A stretch of 63,962 nt of DNA, counting the filler, from Reticulomyxa filosa (lineage: Eukaryota > Protista > Foraminifera), in the NCBI GenBank assembly GCA_000512085.1. It is 12 parts of 12 records of this genome, joined end to end, with 100 filler letters (N's around TTAATTAATTAA, not from the genome) between each part and the next. Parts side by side here need not be neighbours in the genome. Positions count along the whole stretch, not along the records: positions 9,842 to 17,979 come from ASPP01007924.1; positions 18,080 to 22,713 come from ASPP01024358.1; positions 22,814 to 24,118 come from ASPP01011338.1; positions 24,219 to 25,908 come from ASPP01022415.1; 8 more parts are not named here. One strand, 5' to 3'. Position 1 is the stretch's first letter. Every line of letters begins with the position of its first letter. Positions 12,772-25,812 of the stretch are shown piece after piece. Below the pieces are notes generated by a model that worked only from the letters and a program-made list of their open reading frames with translations, had not been told where the DNA came from and searched no databases. Made by a program: the position numbers and the translations under genes.

Positions 12772-14130
12772 CCCTTTTTTGTTGTTATTGTTGCGTTTTT
12801 TCGTTAGTTATTGAGTTTTTTTTAGATACGACTTTTCAGTAGTTGACAAAAAAACACCAGATAATAAACAGTATCAAGGAAGCCTTTACCTTATAAACTA
12901 AATTCTACTTTCTACTTAAGCTTAGACACCAAAATAAGACTCTTTAGCAGCGTAAGTTGCTCAAATCAAGCGTTTAAAAAGTACGAACTTTTTTTTTAAC
13001 AGGGAAAACTACGAATGAACCTTGTTCATTATTCGATATCTAAAATAATCTTGACCGTTTTGTGATGAAATAAGGATGGTTTAACAGGGCCTAGGTGTAG
13101 CCTCAACTAAAACAGAAAGAAGTTGCTCGAAAAAAGCAGCGAAACTGGATTTGGACTGCAAAAACTAAAGGGAGGCACGAGAGAAAGGGGAAAGAAAAGA
13201 AGGAAGTTTTTTTTAAAAAACGCCAAGAAATATACATATTAATGACAATTTTGATAAATTCAGCCTTTGTCATAGCTCAAATATAACGATATATAAGAAA
13301 TATACGTAAACAGCAGTTTTCAAGCTTTCCAGTCTATGCGTTTTCATGATAACGAAGAAAACTATGAAAATATGCGAATGTTTTCTGTACTGTCGGCGTT
13401 TTTTGATAAAAATTCGAAGCTAATATTTTTGCCAAAAAACTTTGCTGAGAATTCACTTTTGCTAGAAAACAGGCTAGTCAGAAAGAAAGCAAGTTAACTA
13501 GAAAAAAAACAAGTGTAAATCAACAAAAAATTTGCCTCAAAAATCCTTAGAATATTGACTTAGATTTATCAACCAAACACCACACCCACATTATCTGACA
13601 TGATAGTTTTTTTTTCTTCAAAATTACTTGCTTGCTACCTTAGCAATTGTGCATTTTGACAAGAAATTTTGCAGAAGCTCTGAAACCTGTGAAAAATTTT
13701 TCATTAGAAAAGCAACAAAATACTATTTATTTAAGTTTTAACTTGTAATACCTATTTTGTTATTTGACTTTTTTCAGATACTTACTGGTTTTCACAAGCC
13801 AAATGCTACAGGTGCCCTAAGTGTCATATTCTTTCAATCTTGGAAGCATAGGCCAAAAAAGATTATTTAACTAAACATTTATTTGTTACAATCCAGCCCT
13901 TTGAATTTTTTTCTTTACAAACCAGATTACAATTCAAAAAAAGCCTTCGAAGCGTCTTTTTTACGTTTTGTAAAACCCAAAGTTCACTGAATCTCTTTCT
14001 TTCTCAGGTATTGTGATAAATACCAGGCATTTCCGAAATATCTAATTTTCTTTGCGTTGTGTTCGCTTTTTCCGGAATTGCACGAAAATGTTTGTGCTTT
14101 AAAAAATAAAACAAAAAAAAAGAACACACT

Positions 14131-15548
14131 ATGAATTTGGAGTCCGCATTATCACAACCAGAGAGAGTTCGCCATGATCTTTACTCAAACAATGCAATAC
14201 TAAAAAAATCGGAAGCGCTGATACCACGTGAAATTTCGGGACCAGCAATAGGAACAGCTGCGGCTGGCACAATCTCTGGAGTGCTGACGAAAGTGACCAC
14301 ACAGCCTCTGGGTAAAACTGTTCGCTAACAATAAGTCACGAAATTTCCATAATTTTTGGGTTTTTGTGTTTTTGTTTAGGTATTTATGGCATTTTCTGAA
14401 CCCCCAAAAAAAATTTTTTTTTTTGTCACTCGCCATTCCCCACTGAGTCAATCTGCAAGTCAATTCACTCTAAATTTTTTGGGATGATGTCTTGAAAGGA
14501 GGGGGGGGGAAGAGCAAGAGGGAATAATTTAAAGAAAAAAAAAAATTTCACTGAATAAAAATAATAAAAAAGATTTTATTCGTACGCGTTTACAAGTACA
14601 TGATTCCGGAAACGCTCGGTTTTTAGCTACAGTAAAGACCATTTGGAAAACAGAGGGGTATATTTCATTTTATCGTGGGATTAATGCAAATTTGCTTGGA
14701 AGTGGCGTAAATTGGGGAGTGTATTTTTTCACATATGAATTTTGCAAGTCCAATTTGCCTCGCTTGTTCACTAACAGTAATGATATAATTCTTATGTTTG
14801 AGGATAACAATAATAATAGTACAATCACAAGTTCCAAAAAAAACGCAAATGCACAAGCAAACTCATTTTTTCACTTTGTGAGCGGGTACATTGCGGGAGC
14901 TGTTTCGGTGATCATGACCAATCCCATTTGGATGATTAAAACTAGACTACAAATACAAAATGAATACAAAGGATTCGCTAACTGCGCCATTCGAGTGTAC
15001 AGGGAAGAAGGTATTAGCAAATTTTACCGCGGAATTCTTCCTGGCCTCGCTCTTTGTACCAATAAGGCCATACAATTCACTGTTTATGAAAAATTAAAGT
15101 ATTTCGCGAACTTATATTATAGACACCAGAATGAGTTCATTTACACGCACAAAATTTGTTCTTTTTTTTTTTTTTTTTTGGAAGAGTATACATACGTATA
15201 TATCAAAAAAAAATTGGAACAATAAATTACAGCTACTCAAAAAAAGAGGTACCTCTACCATCTCATTGTCTTTTGCTGATGGGTGCTAGTTCAAAAGTAA
15301 TATCAGCCACGATGACATATCCTATGCATTTGTTCCGCTCAAGATTGTTTCAAAATGTTGCCGGCTCCAATAATAGCAAATACGCTGGCATCTGTGACTG
15401 TGCAAAGCGGACTTACAAACTTGAAGGCCTTCCTGGTTTTTACAAAGGATTATCAGCAGGCCTGTTGAAAACAGTCCCCAGCAGCGCTCTTACTTTTTTC
15501 TTTTATGAGAATATCATATTTACTTTAAATCAACTGCACATCACATAA
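14131..15548 (+). CDS. Mitochondrial carrier (SLC25), folate/FAD or NAD+ carrier-like
   Basis: Three carrier repeats after splicing: QPL|DFIRTRLQV, TNPIWMIKTRLQ and TYPMHLFRSRL. Also EG..FYRG/FYKG motifs and NWGVYFFTYE, resembling SLC25A32/Flx1/Ndt1. Confidence 0.9.
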
Positions 15549-16413
15549 CAGTATGATTATAATAGGATTGTTTTATGTTGTTTTTTCTAATGCTAACATC
15601 GATCATTCATTTCTTAATGCATTAAAACACATAACTCACAAGTACTTTATTTTCTAATGGGGGACAGAGGAGGCTTCTTCTGTGTTTCTGGGCCATAGAA
15701 TGGAAAATAATTGCTCCTCTGAGCTTTTTTCAGTAAGTGAAACATGTTACAGTTGTTTGATTTTTTTTTATTGGTCAAGTGTTTGTGAGTGATTGTGCTG
15801 TTGGCATTGGCATTGTTTACACGGAGTAATGTTTTCGTTTCAATTTATTCTATTCTATCTTCTATCTCATATTTTTCGTCAATGCAAATTTGCAGACGAT
15901 CAAGAGGCAATCTTTTGCTTATGATAAACTTTATAGATCATAATTAAATGTAATTTTTTGAACTAACTCTGTTAGTTATGTATTGATACGAGTAATCGTT
16001 TTGTAAAAAAAAATGCAATGCTAAGTGTTTTTTTCCAAATTGCAATGAAATATCTTTGTATCGATAAAAAACTTAGTTACCACTACAAATCAGTAGTTGC
16101 TAGTTTATTTAATATTTGGAGTGGGTACATCACTTGACATATTTGTTTTAGTTCCAAAAAATTTGGATGCTAAACTGGAGGATAGTGATAAAATGCGAAA
16201 CTTGTTATGTTATTTTAGGTAACAGAAAAGAGAAGAGTATCACTCAGAGGAAAAGAAAGATAAGTAAGGATATAAAAAATAAACATGCAAAGTTGGTCAG
16301 GAAAATGATGTGGTCGAATAATACATCAGATTGGCGATGATCTCAAAAAAAAAAGAAACAATAAGCTCCCAAAAATGAACCTAATTCACTAACTACCCTC
16401 ATAAAAGAAAATT

Positions 16414-17897
16414 TTAGACATGTTCTAAAGCTTTAAGCACCGCTTTGATGACTTTCTTATCCAAATTGGAGACATAATCTGGCAATTTTCCGGAAAATAG
16501 ACTTAATTTAGTTTGGAATCTTTCCAAAATCTTTTTCAAATCAGACGCCAAGACATAACTATATTTTTTTTGACGGATTTCTTCGTCCAAATATTCCAGG
16601 AGCCCATTACCACTAAGTAATAGATCCAGCAGAACTCTCAGCTGTTTGAATGCGCTATCCAAATCAGTAACTCCTGTTTCCCTGCTGAAATCTTCAAATG
16701 CCTTCACATCCAAATGTAAATTATAAACACCTTATTGTGATATATATTCCAAACAAATGACAACAACAACAACAACAACAACAAAACTGCAAGCCATACT
16801 ATACAACAAAAGAACAAAGGAAAGTAGAACAAGCAAAAACTTTACCAATAATGTTGATTTTCTTATTAATATTACTATATTCTTCACTAATTAAGCTGCT
16901 CAACAAATACTGGTTAATTCGAGTGCAAGCCAAGAAATAGGCCGATTTCTGATAGGAATAAGGCAAATAAGTCAGTTTGGCAACAATGATGCCTTTGACA
17001 AATCCAATTAACTCATTGACATATGACTGTGGTTTTTCATTAATGCTCGTGCTTCGTTCGGGATGATAGGAAATATTCTTCATGTTCTTTTCCAAATGGG
17101 CTTCGATTTCCGCTGTCAGCGAAACCAGCAAGGCATGTCCACACGCGGACGCAACGTGGATCAGACTTTGTCTGGCTTCGTGCATTTTCGGCGCGGGCTC
17201 TTCATAAAACAAGCGATGGCGAGTGGAAGGACTTAGCACACTGGTTTTGTTGTTTCGAATGCTGATGCCTTCGCCGGCAATCACAATCCGTTCTTCAAAA
17301 TAGTTGCATGCCTTTTCCAAATAATGCGCATTCACCGCCAATTGTGCAAGCTCACTTATGCCTAAAGACGAGCGTGTTTGTCCACTATTTTTTCCCGTTT
17401 TGTCCTTGTCTTTCCTGCTCCCACTGGCATCTGCTGTGGGCGAAAGCTCGCCACTGTTTGGTCTCATTTCACTTCGTTGTTGCTGAGATGACATTGCTTG
17501 CATTTCCGCACTTATCTCTTTGATTACCTATTTTATAAATATATACATATATGTATATGTATATGCATATGTACATATATGTTACTTATATATATACATA
17601 TATATAGATATATTTTTTTAAAAATTTAATATAATGCCTTCCATTTGTAAACAACAACGCCAACAAACAAAACTCTTTGCACAGCATTTCGAATGAAACT
17701 GGTCATTTCGGTCAAATATTTGGCAAACTCGCCGTAGCGCTCGATAAAGCCGGAAAGCTCGATACAAAACTTGGGGACAGCATTGCTGAACGGCACTGTA
17801 ATTGGAAATTTGCTTGGCATTTCCAATACGTGTCCCGGCCGGTTAAAGCTAATTTCTTTCTGGTCGCCCAATGCTTGCTCATCCTCGTTTAATCCAT
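16414..17897 (-). CDS. SEC15: Exocyst subunit Sec15/EXOC6 (3' part)
   Basis: FPITVPFSNAVP, ELAQLAVNAHYLEKAC.YFEE, YVNELIGF, AYFLAC and AFKQLRVLLDLLLS..EYLD...RQKKYSYV match the Sec15 C-terminal domain. Confidence 0.85.
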
Positions 17898-18079
17898 CTG
17901 CATTGTAGAAACATATTGGTACATAGTGCACATATGCATATGATAACATATACATATATATACATATGTATATGCATATNNNNNNNNNNNNNNNNNNNNN
18001 NNNNNNNNNNNNNNNNNNNNNNNTTAATTAATTAANNNNNNNNNNNNNNNNNNNNNNNNNNNNNNNNNNNNNNNNNNNN

Positions 18080-18110
<31 letters not shown>

Positions 18111-18111
<1 letters not shown>

Positions 18112-18757
18112 TGGGTAAAAGTGCAACAAGAAACGCTAAAAGATCGAAATGTGATAGTGAGATATGTATTTGTGGACGATGTGAAGAAGTGCTATTTGTA
18201 TCGCAACAAATGGAATGACCAGTTTCTGCCGCACGTGCGCGTGAAGAACGTGTACGGGGGACACCACTTTCTGCGCGGCGTGAATGTGGAAGTCGTAGAC
18301 CACACGACGCGACTGCCCGGCGGCAAGGCGCCACGAGGGGCGAGGCAGTCCTCGTCGAAGAAGACGCCAGTTGATAACGACGGAAGCAAGAACAAGACCA
18401 GCGGCGGAGGAGGAGGAGGAGGGACCGCACGTCAGCGTCCACAGACCAACACGGCAACAAAGACCAAAGATAAAAAAGACGGGGCTGACAAGACAGCCAC
18501 TAAAACCAAAGATAAGGATAAGGATAAGGATAAGAAGACGCAAGCAAATAACAAGAAAAACACACCTACCACGTCTCCTACCGCTGTCGATAATGAAGAT
18601 GGTGACGACAGTGCGTCTCAAAAAGCAAAATCGCCAAGTGCAAATGCAAATGCAAATGCAAATGCAGACGCAGATGCAAATGTAAATACACCGAAAAAGA
18701 GTCCCAGAAGTCCTATTGATGGAGGTGATGGTGGTAACGATGGAGGTGATGACAATG

Positions 18758-18800
<43 letters not shown>

Positions 18801-20507
18801 CGCCGAAACAGGAAAAGAAGAAGACGATGTGGAAATTGAAACGGAAGAGGATGAGACGGACAAGTATTTACTCCAACTGTTTGGAGATCTCGAGAAGAAA
18901 TATGCGAGCGAATTAGACAAGAGCGGCGTCGAGACGATGAACTTGGACCTGTTGAGCGAGGATGAGGAAGAGGACGACAACGAGGACGACGACAATGGAG
19001 ATGGCGTGAACAACGACAACAAAGACGCCAACGAGGCGGAACAGGAAGACCAGGCCAGTCGATTGGAGATGGAAGCGGCCCTCGCCGTGGATGAAATTAC
19101 GCCCAAGGAGGAAAGCGAAAAGGAAAAGGAAAAAGAATGGTGGAAGGAAGATGGCATGGGCGACATGGAGTCGATGCTGTCGGAACTCAACAAAGACATG
19201 GCCAGTCACGCTGACGAAAATGACAACAAGGCCATGCGAAAAGAATCCAAGATCGCTGTAACGACTTGTTCCAATTGCTGTCGCTCTTTAACACCAATCT
19301 TAATCCCATACGCTTCCATAGTATCTCCATTTCACGTGACAAGTTGTTGGACGATACCGACAATAATAATAATAATAATAATAATAACAATAATAATAAT
19401 GACGAAAATGGCAATGACAATAAAAATGAGGATAACAAAGACGACATCAATGGTGATGCTGATGCTGATGCTGATGTTGATGATAATAAAGCTGACAATA
19501 ACAAGAATGAGACTGAATTAAAGTGCGACGAACTAATGCAACAAATACAAGAAAGACAAAGTTTATTTGCTCCTGCAATATTAGAAAGAAGTTTTCTACT
19601 ATATACGTACATATATGTTTATGTGCATGTATACATTTGTCTATTCGTTTATTTATCTGTTTATATATTTATCTATTAATTAGAACACAACTTGTACGTA
19701 TACGCATTGACGACAGGACCGAGCATTAAACTGGACGACAATGGAAACGCAGTAGCCACAAATGAAAGTGAAAGTGGCACAGCAAGTCCCAAAAAAAAAG
19801 AGCCAGCGTCGAACAGCAAAGCTATGGAGACTTGATTTTGAATTTGAGTCGTCTCTTGTTGAAGGACCAAAAAACAAATAAATGCTTTCATCCATGCTTT
19901 GGACAAGGAACTGCAAGGGCGCTTGCAAGATTTGAAGCTTTTGAATGAAGTTTATTTCAACGTGGATCACGCTCGCGTCAACAGCAGTCATGGCAACAAT
20001 TTGAATCATTTGGCCACTGGCGTTCAATCCAGACACGATTCCATTCAAGATGATATGAACCATTTGCAAACGGTGCTCGCTGATCCTTCTTTCGCTTACT
20101 TTGCCAACCTTTTGGAGGTGCAAAACACACTTTGGAGTGAGTCGATCATACAAACATCGACTTCTTATGATCAATGGTGTCTTGTTCAGGTACTTATGTC
20201 TTATATGCTCTCTCTCTCTTATGTTATGTCGCTTGTTTTATTGTTATGACTATACTTCATACAAATGATCATAAACCCAAAGCAAACGTTGGTCCGAAAA
20301 TTGACAAAGTTGGTGTCATTAATTGCCGAGTCTCCAATGACACAAATTCTAAAGGTGGAAAAGTCCTCTAGTGAACATCACCACGTCCAGGAGGAAAAGC
20401 AGTCTATACAACAAGAGGAAAAGCAGTCTGTGCAACAAGAGGAAAAGCAGTCTGTGCAACAGGAGCAAAATCAAGAAGAGAGTAACGTTGTAACCGAGTC
20501 AACCTAA
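18111..20507 (+). CDS. Large low-complexity acidic protein (partial) with a C-terminal segment resembling dynein heavy chain N2/linker
   Basis: Long ORF 18121-19257 plus spliced exons, with poly-N/D/E tracts. Contains IQDDMNHLQTVLADPSFAYF...W...YDQWCLVQ. Ends in QEEKQS(I/V)Q x3 and a stop at 20507. Confidence 0.5.
20388..20468 (+). repeat. 24-bp coding tandem repeat (QEEKQS[I/V]Q x3)
   Basis: CA(G/A)GAGGAAAAGCAGTCT(A/G)T(A/G)CAA repeated three times. Confidence 0.9.
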
Positions 20508-21225
20508 TTCTATTGTATTAGGTTGTCTTTTTTTTTTTATGTTTCGGTTCTTTTTTTTTCCCTCAAAATAAAAGAAAAAAAAATCTACGTATAGTTTAAT
20601 AATCAGATTTTTTTTTTTTTAAAGGAAGAACACTTTGTTCAAAGTTTGTTGACAATGCTTTCATTTCTATTCGTTTTGTTACCATTTTTGTGGATTGAAT
20701 TCTATTGAAGCTTTTGTAATCATATATGCATATATCTTATATCATATACACAATCACTACATCCATCACTGGGTAGAATAATAATTTTATTTCTGACGTA
20801 TCTTACTATCGGCATATTCATCTTTTATTTAAAAAAATGAATTGACATTGAAAAGGATCTAACATCTCTAATACTAAAAGAACTAAACAAGATTAAATGA
20901 AAAAGTTTTGTAAATAGGGAGGGGGCATCACAACTCGTCAAACAAATTCTTCCAACGGAACCAAGGGGACAACTTCAAAAAAAAAAGAGACACAAACACA
21001 ACAACGATGTTCGTACATTGTTCTCGTATTTTAGTGGCTGAACCCTCAGCAACCGAACAAAAAAAAATTGGATTTAATTTTTAAAAATTTGAAAGAGAAA
21101 CGCAACTACTTGAAAGTTTTTTTTTTAAATTGTGTCAATCAATTAAAAAAAAAAATGGCTAGTTAAAAAAGATACACCAATACTGTGGCCTTTTTTTTTA
21201 AAAAACAAAAAAAAAGACAACACAA

Positions 21226-21837
21226 TTACTTCTTTTGAAGCTGTTGAATCGTTTGCAAGACTTGCTCGACATGCTTTTTCATGTCTCTGTCTTTGCCCAA
21301 AGGCCAAATGTGGGCAATTCTGCCTTCTGGTGAGATCAGAAAAGTGGTTCTTCTTCCAAAGCCTTCATCTGTGGCCCCATAATTTTTCACCAGCTTTTGG
21401 GATGGGTCAGACAACAATGACACCGTATATTTCTTCTTGCAACTAAATTCTTTGTGCGATTGTTCGTTGTCTTCACTCGCGCCAAGTATGACCGAGTTTG
21501 CTTTTTCAAAGTCTTTCAATGACTTGCTAAACTCGTCTCCTTGGACACTACAGACTATGCACACCCACAGTTCCCCCCACAAATGACACGTACACGTCAT
21601 CAAACTATTGTTCTGCTTTTTTTTTCTTAAACATTAAGAACACATTAGAAGAAAAACTAATGCTCACAAAAAAAAACCTGGAGTGTCATCTTTTGGATAG
21701 AAGTAAAGCACTACATATTTCCCTTTGAAATCACCCAACGACACGTTTTTGGTCTTGTCTTGAACAACCGCGGCAACATCTTTAAAGTCTGGAGCGTTGT
21801 CTCCAACTTTCAAACTAGTTTTAGAGGCTTGTGCCAT
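21226..21837 (-). CDS. Peroxiredoxin, BCP/PrxQ-like
   Basis: MAQASKTSLKVGDNAPDF...KGKYVVLYFYPKDDTP|VCSVQ, with the peroxidatic Cys just after a phase-1 intron. Also SLLSDP and RTTFLISPEGRIAHIW. Confidence 0.9.
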
Positions 21838-22189
21838 GATTTACTTTTTAAGAGTTATAATTTGTTGTGAAAAAAACTAAACCACACCAAGGAAATTAAG
21901 GGGCATCGAACTGAACCTTGGGTACCTTTGGCGTATAAAAAATGTTAGTTACAATAAACTGTCTCACTTTTAATAGGAATATAAATAAAGTTTAATTTTA
22001 CGCGGACTAGCTTATATTCTTGCAGACACATTTATTGTTACATTTATATTGTTCGTATTTGCGGTTGCCAGTGGCAAAATGAAATACAAAACAATGGAGC
22101 AGCAAGATTGATAAATTTAAAACAAGTTACCAAAGTTTCAAGGAAGAAAAGGCTTTTTTTGAAAGGATTGTTGCCTTCTCAGAATCAAA

Positions 22190-22640
22190 ATGTCAGATCT
22201 GAACAAGAGTTTGTTAGAAGCCACAAAACATGACAGTTTCAACGTGAATGAAATAATCCGTCTCATAAATGAAGGAGCTAACGTGAACTTCCACGAGGCA
22301 ATCAGCGGGACTTGGGGAGAACGCAGCGAGATATCACCAATTCACGGAGTGATAGAAAAGTTGATGCACATGAAACGGGATTCTGAAGACGCGAAAAGTC
22401 TCCTCAGTTTGGTCACCCTAATGATAGACAAAGGAGCTGACCTGAACGCCGTACGTGCAGGTTTGTATACATACGTATACACATATATATGTATGTATAT
22501 ACATATATACATAAATAAGTTATGTTGAAAGTGCATAGTTTGAAATAGACACTTGTTCACAATAGACTATAATTGGAAAGGATCCGGTTCAGAGACGAGT
22601 GCATTCGAAATGATTTTAAGATACAACCGCGCATATGCGC
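22190..22640 (+). CDS. Ankyrin-repeat-like protein (5' part, truncated by contig end)
   Basis: IIRLINEGANVN, SPIH and VTLMIDKGADLNA motifs. Divergent from the peroxiredoxin gene across ~350 bp. Confidence 0.6.
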
Positions 22641-22867
22641 ATGTTTTTATTTTTTTATTTTTTAAAGTACTTATCTTCGTTCACACTTAATGCAAGAACA
22701 AAAAAAAAAAAAANNNNNNNNNNNNNNNNNNNNNNNNNNNNNNNNNNNNNNNNNNNNTTAATTAATTAANNNNNNNNNNNNNNNNNNNNNNNNNNNNNNN
22801 NNNNNNNNNNNNNGGGGTTTTTGTTGGTTCTAAGGGTTTGAATTCCGGGTTTTTAAGAACCCGGAAT

Positions 22868-24118
22868 TCAAACCCTAGGGAATAATTCGGCATGCTTCAA
22901 AAACTTTGCCTCTCGAGAGGGAATATCTTGTTTCGGCGTTATGTCGGGTGTCTTTGATTCGGTTTGGGCGAGCGCAGCTTCCACATCTTTTCTATTAACA
23001 TCCTTCAACATGTTATCGATACCAAAGCTCGAGTCAATGGTGGGGTTGATGATATCCGGTTTTGATTGCAGCGCATTCAAGAGAGTAGATTCAAGTCTGC
23101 CGGCCAATTGATCCAACTCGCAGAACAGCAAGCGACAATCTTCGAGCACATCTTGCGACTGTTGCGAAATTCGAACATATGATTCTTTTCGCATATTTTC
23201 GACAGCCACACTGCCTGTCAAATAGCACATGGCATCTCTGGTGATTAACGCCTTCGGCCAAAAGTGTTCATTATCGGCATCCTGATCATTTGGAGCATGG
23301 ACAGGCAAGAACCCATATGCAATCGACATATCTTTGAGAGGCGAGTCGGGTGTGAAGAATCTTGCCTGAGCCAAGCACTCATTCACAGTTGTGCCTTGCG
23401 GAATAATCATGGCAAAGCGACAATAGATTGCATCATTCGAAGATATTCGTGAATTTATGATGTGTAAGTCGTTTTGCCAAATCTCCGCCACCTCTTTAAT
23501 TCTATGTTTCAGATGGCCCGGCAAGTCCTTCTTCTTCCCGTCCAACAATTGCGACACGTACTCTTCGCATACGTGAGCATTTGCGAAGCGTTGCTCAACA
23601 AACATAATTTCGTCATTCTCGATAACAGGCCATTCTTTTTGGAGGGTCTGCTCGCTTGCAAAGCGGGTCAGGTTTTGGATCTTGCTTCCTTCCAACAGAC
23701 TGGTTGTCATCTTTTGCGGGAGCAGCTTATTGCTGTGGTCAAACTGGCTCAAATCTGTCATTTGTGGCGAACTCACCAAGGTCTGCCATTGTTTGTCGTC
23801 ATAACACCACTCTGGATTGGTTTGGCAAGTCGTCAAGTTTTTATCATGCGACTTTTGCAGCTTTCTTGGAATCGCCAACGATTTTATTGGCTCTTCTTTT
23901 GTTTGTCCACCTGAAGATGGCAATGGCCTTGGTTGGAAAGTCTTGGATGGCTCGGATTTTTTGGGTGGTTCTGATTTTTTGGTTGTCTCTGGTTTTTTTG
24001 GAGGCTCTGATTTTTCGAATCGCTCTAATTTTTTGGTGGCTGCATGGAAATTGATGGTTTTCGATCAAGGATTGGTTTTGGTTCTGAGATTGTTGGCTCT
24101 GGGATCTTTGTCGCTTCT
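22868..24118 (-). CDS. Uncharacterised protein (partial) with KKSEPP-type repeats and a globular C-terminal region
   Basis: Continuous 351-aa ORF (22868-23923) whose frame continues upstream through KSEPPKKPETTKKSEPPKKSEPSK toward the contig end. Confidence 0.6.
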
Positions 24119-24218
24119 NNNNNNNNNNNNNNNNNNNNNNNNNNNNNNNNNNNNNNNNNNNNTTAATTAATTAANNNNNNNNNNNNNNNNNNNNNNNNNN
24201 NNNNNNNNNNNNNNNNNN

Positions 24219-24254
<36 letters not shown>

Positions 24255-24270
24255 GAATGACAATGAGAAT

Positions 24271-25812
24271 GTGTTGGAAGAGAAGACGAATATGAAGGAA
24301 GAGTATTTGGAGCCAATGACGGAGGAGTATATAAAAAAAGTGTTGATAGGAGCGGAAGAGGTGAAAGAGGAGAGTTGCATCGTGGCATCGAATTTGAGAC
24401 GTGCGATATCGACGGCGATGATATCACTATGGTATCGATTGGAGAAGAAGAAGACGGAGCCAATAAAGGTGCTATCGAGTTTGCAGGAGCTCGGATTCAA
24501 CGCGGACACACGTTCGAGTGTGAGCAAGGATAAGAAAGTGTCGGCGTCGAGACACGAGACGGAGTCGGGACTGTTGGATGACTTGCATATAAATATCAAA
24601 GAGTGTTACGAAAAGAGATTGGATATGACATATTGCGAAGTGGATCCATCCAGTACGAACAATAAAACTCCGCAGCAAAGAATGCATGACTTTGTATCTT
24701 TTTTGTTTGCAAACACCACTCCTCATGTTGTCATTGCCGTCGGACATAGCTTTTGGTTTCAAACTTTTTTCAAGACATTCCTTCCATCCCATGTCAAAGA
24801 GCATTCTCTCCCTTTGCCTCTTCGCGAACATAAAATCAAAAATAGTCGCGTCGTCGCCTTTCGCATTTGCAAACTTTTCCCTCTTTGCACTGACGTCGCT
24901 GCATATACTCTCCCGAATAATTGCAATGACCGTTTCGTCATTGCACTCCAAACTATTTCCTCTTTGGGTAGAGATATCATGGAAGTCGCGAATGCTCATC
25001 ATAAAGAAACCAATGCTCCAGCATCAAAGTCTTCTTCTCTTATTTTTGGTACTACTCGTAGAAAACCTTCCAGTCCTGTTGGACTGAAACAATCGGAGAC
25101 TATTCTTGCCTCCACGCCTGTGGATTCGTCCCCTTCCGAAACCAATCTCCCTGCAAATGGATTCGCCACTCAAGACGTTTCTGATATCGATATTGAAACT
25201 GACACCGAACACAATTCTAGACTCCCGCATTCGCACCCACTCCATTTTTCGCGATCCAACTCCAATTTCCGAACGCTTAGTCTGCATCAACGTGCCGACC
25301 CCAATTTGGTCGGCAGGTATAAAAGTGCTAGCGAGATTGTCGTTCGGCCTCCGGTTCCTGCGTATAACCCTCCACCTGTTCCTTTGCAAACCCCGGTGAG
25401 ACAGATCTCCAATCAGGACTCTGAACAAAGTGAAAGTGATCAAGATGCCGCTGTCCCTACCCCTGTCTCTGCTCCTGCTCCTGTCCCTATCCCTGTCCCT
25501 ATCCCTGTCCCTGTTTCTGCTCCTGCTCCTGTCCCTGTCTCTGTTCTAAATCCAAAGCCTCCCCAATCCAATATCAAAAAGAGACTGGTCCAATTCTTTG
25601 GACCTAGTAGGGATGTCCCTCCTCTTCCCACTGCGATGCAAATTGTTCCGCAAGAGGCTGTCAACACTGCAAAAACAGAGCCAGCGCAAGAAACCGCCGG
25701 CATTGCAAAAACAGAGCCAGTGCAAGAAATCATCAACACTGCAAACACGGAGCCAGCGCAAGAAACTGCAACTGAACAGCCACCCCCAAACAACGAAAAC
25801 AAACCGGAATAA
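24271..25812 (+). CDS. Histidine phosphatase (PGAM-like) C-terminal half plus Pro-rich tail
   Basis: QRMHDFVSFL...VVIAVGHSFWFQTFF...KIKNSRVVAF matches the second catalytic His region. The RHG motif is not seen (5'-truncated). Tail has PVPIPVP and 11-aa TAKTEPAQE repeats. Confidence 0.6.
   Translation: MLEEKTNMKEEYLEPMTEEYIKKVLIGAEEVKEESCIVASNLRRAISTAMISLWYRLEKKKTEPIKVLSSLQELGFNADTRSSVSKDKKVSASRHETESGLLDDLHINIKECYEKRLDMTYCEVDPSSTNNKTPQQRMHDFVSFLFANTTPHVVIAVGHSFWFQTFFKTFLPSHVKEHSLPLPLREHKIKNSRVVAFRICKLFPLCTDVAAYTLPNNCNDRFVIALQTISSLGRDIMEVANAHHKETNAPASKSSSLIFGTTRRKPSSPVGLKQSETILASTPVDSSPSETNLPANGFATQDVSDIDIETDTEHNSRLPHSHPLHFSRSNSNFRTLSLHQRADPNLVGRYKSASEIVVRPPVPAYNPPPVPLQTPVRQISNQDSEQSESDQDAAVPTPVSAPAPVPIPVPIPVPVSAPAPVPVSVLNPKPPQSNIKKRLVQFFGPSRDVPPLPTAMQIVPQEAVNTAKTEPAQETAGIAKTEPVQEIINTANTEPAQETATEQPPPNNENKPE

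Noticed and set aside
18618-19612. Long antisense and alternative-frame ORFs
   Set aside because: Shadows of trinucleotide low-complexity coding sequence on the + strand.
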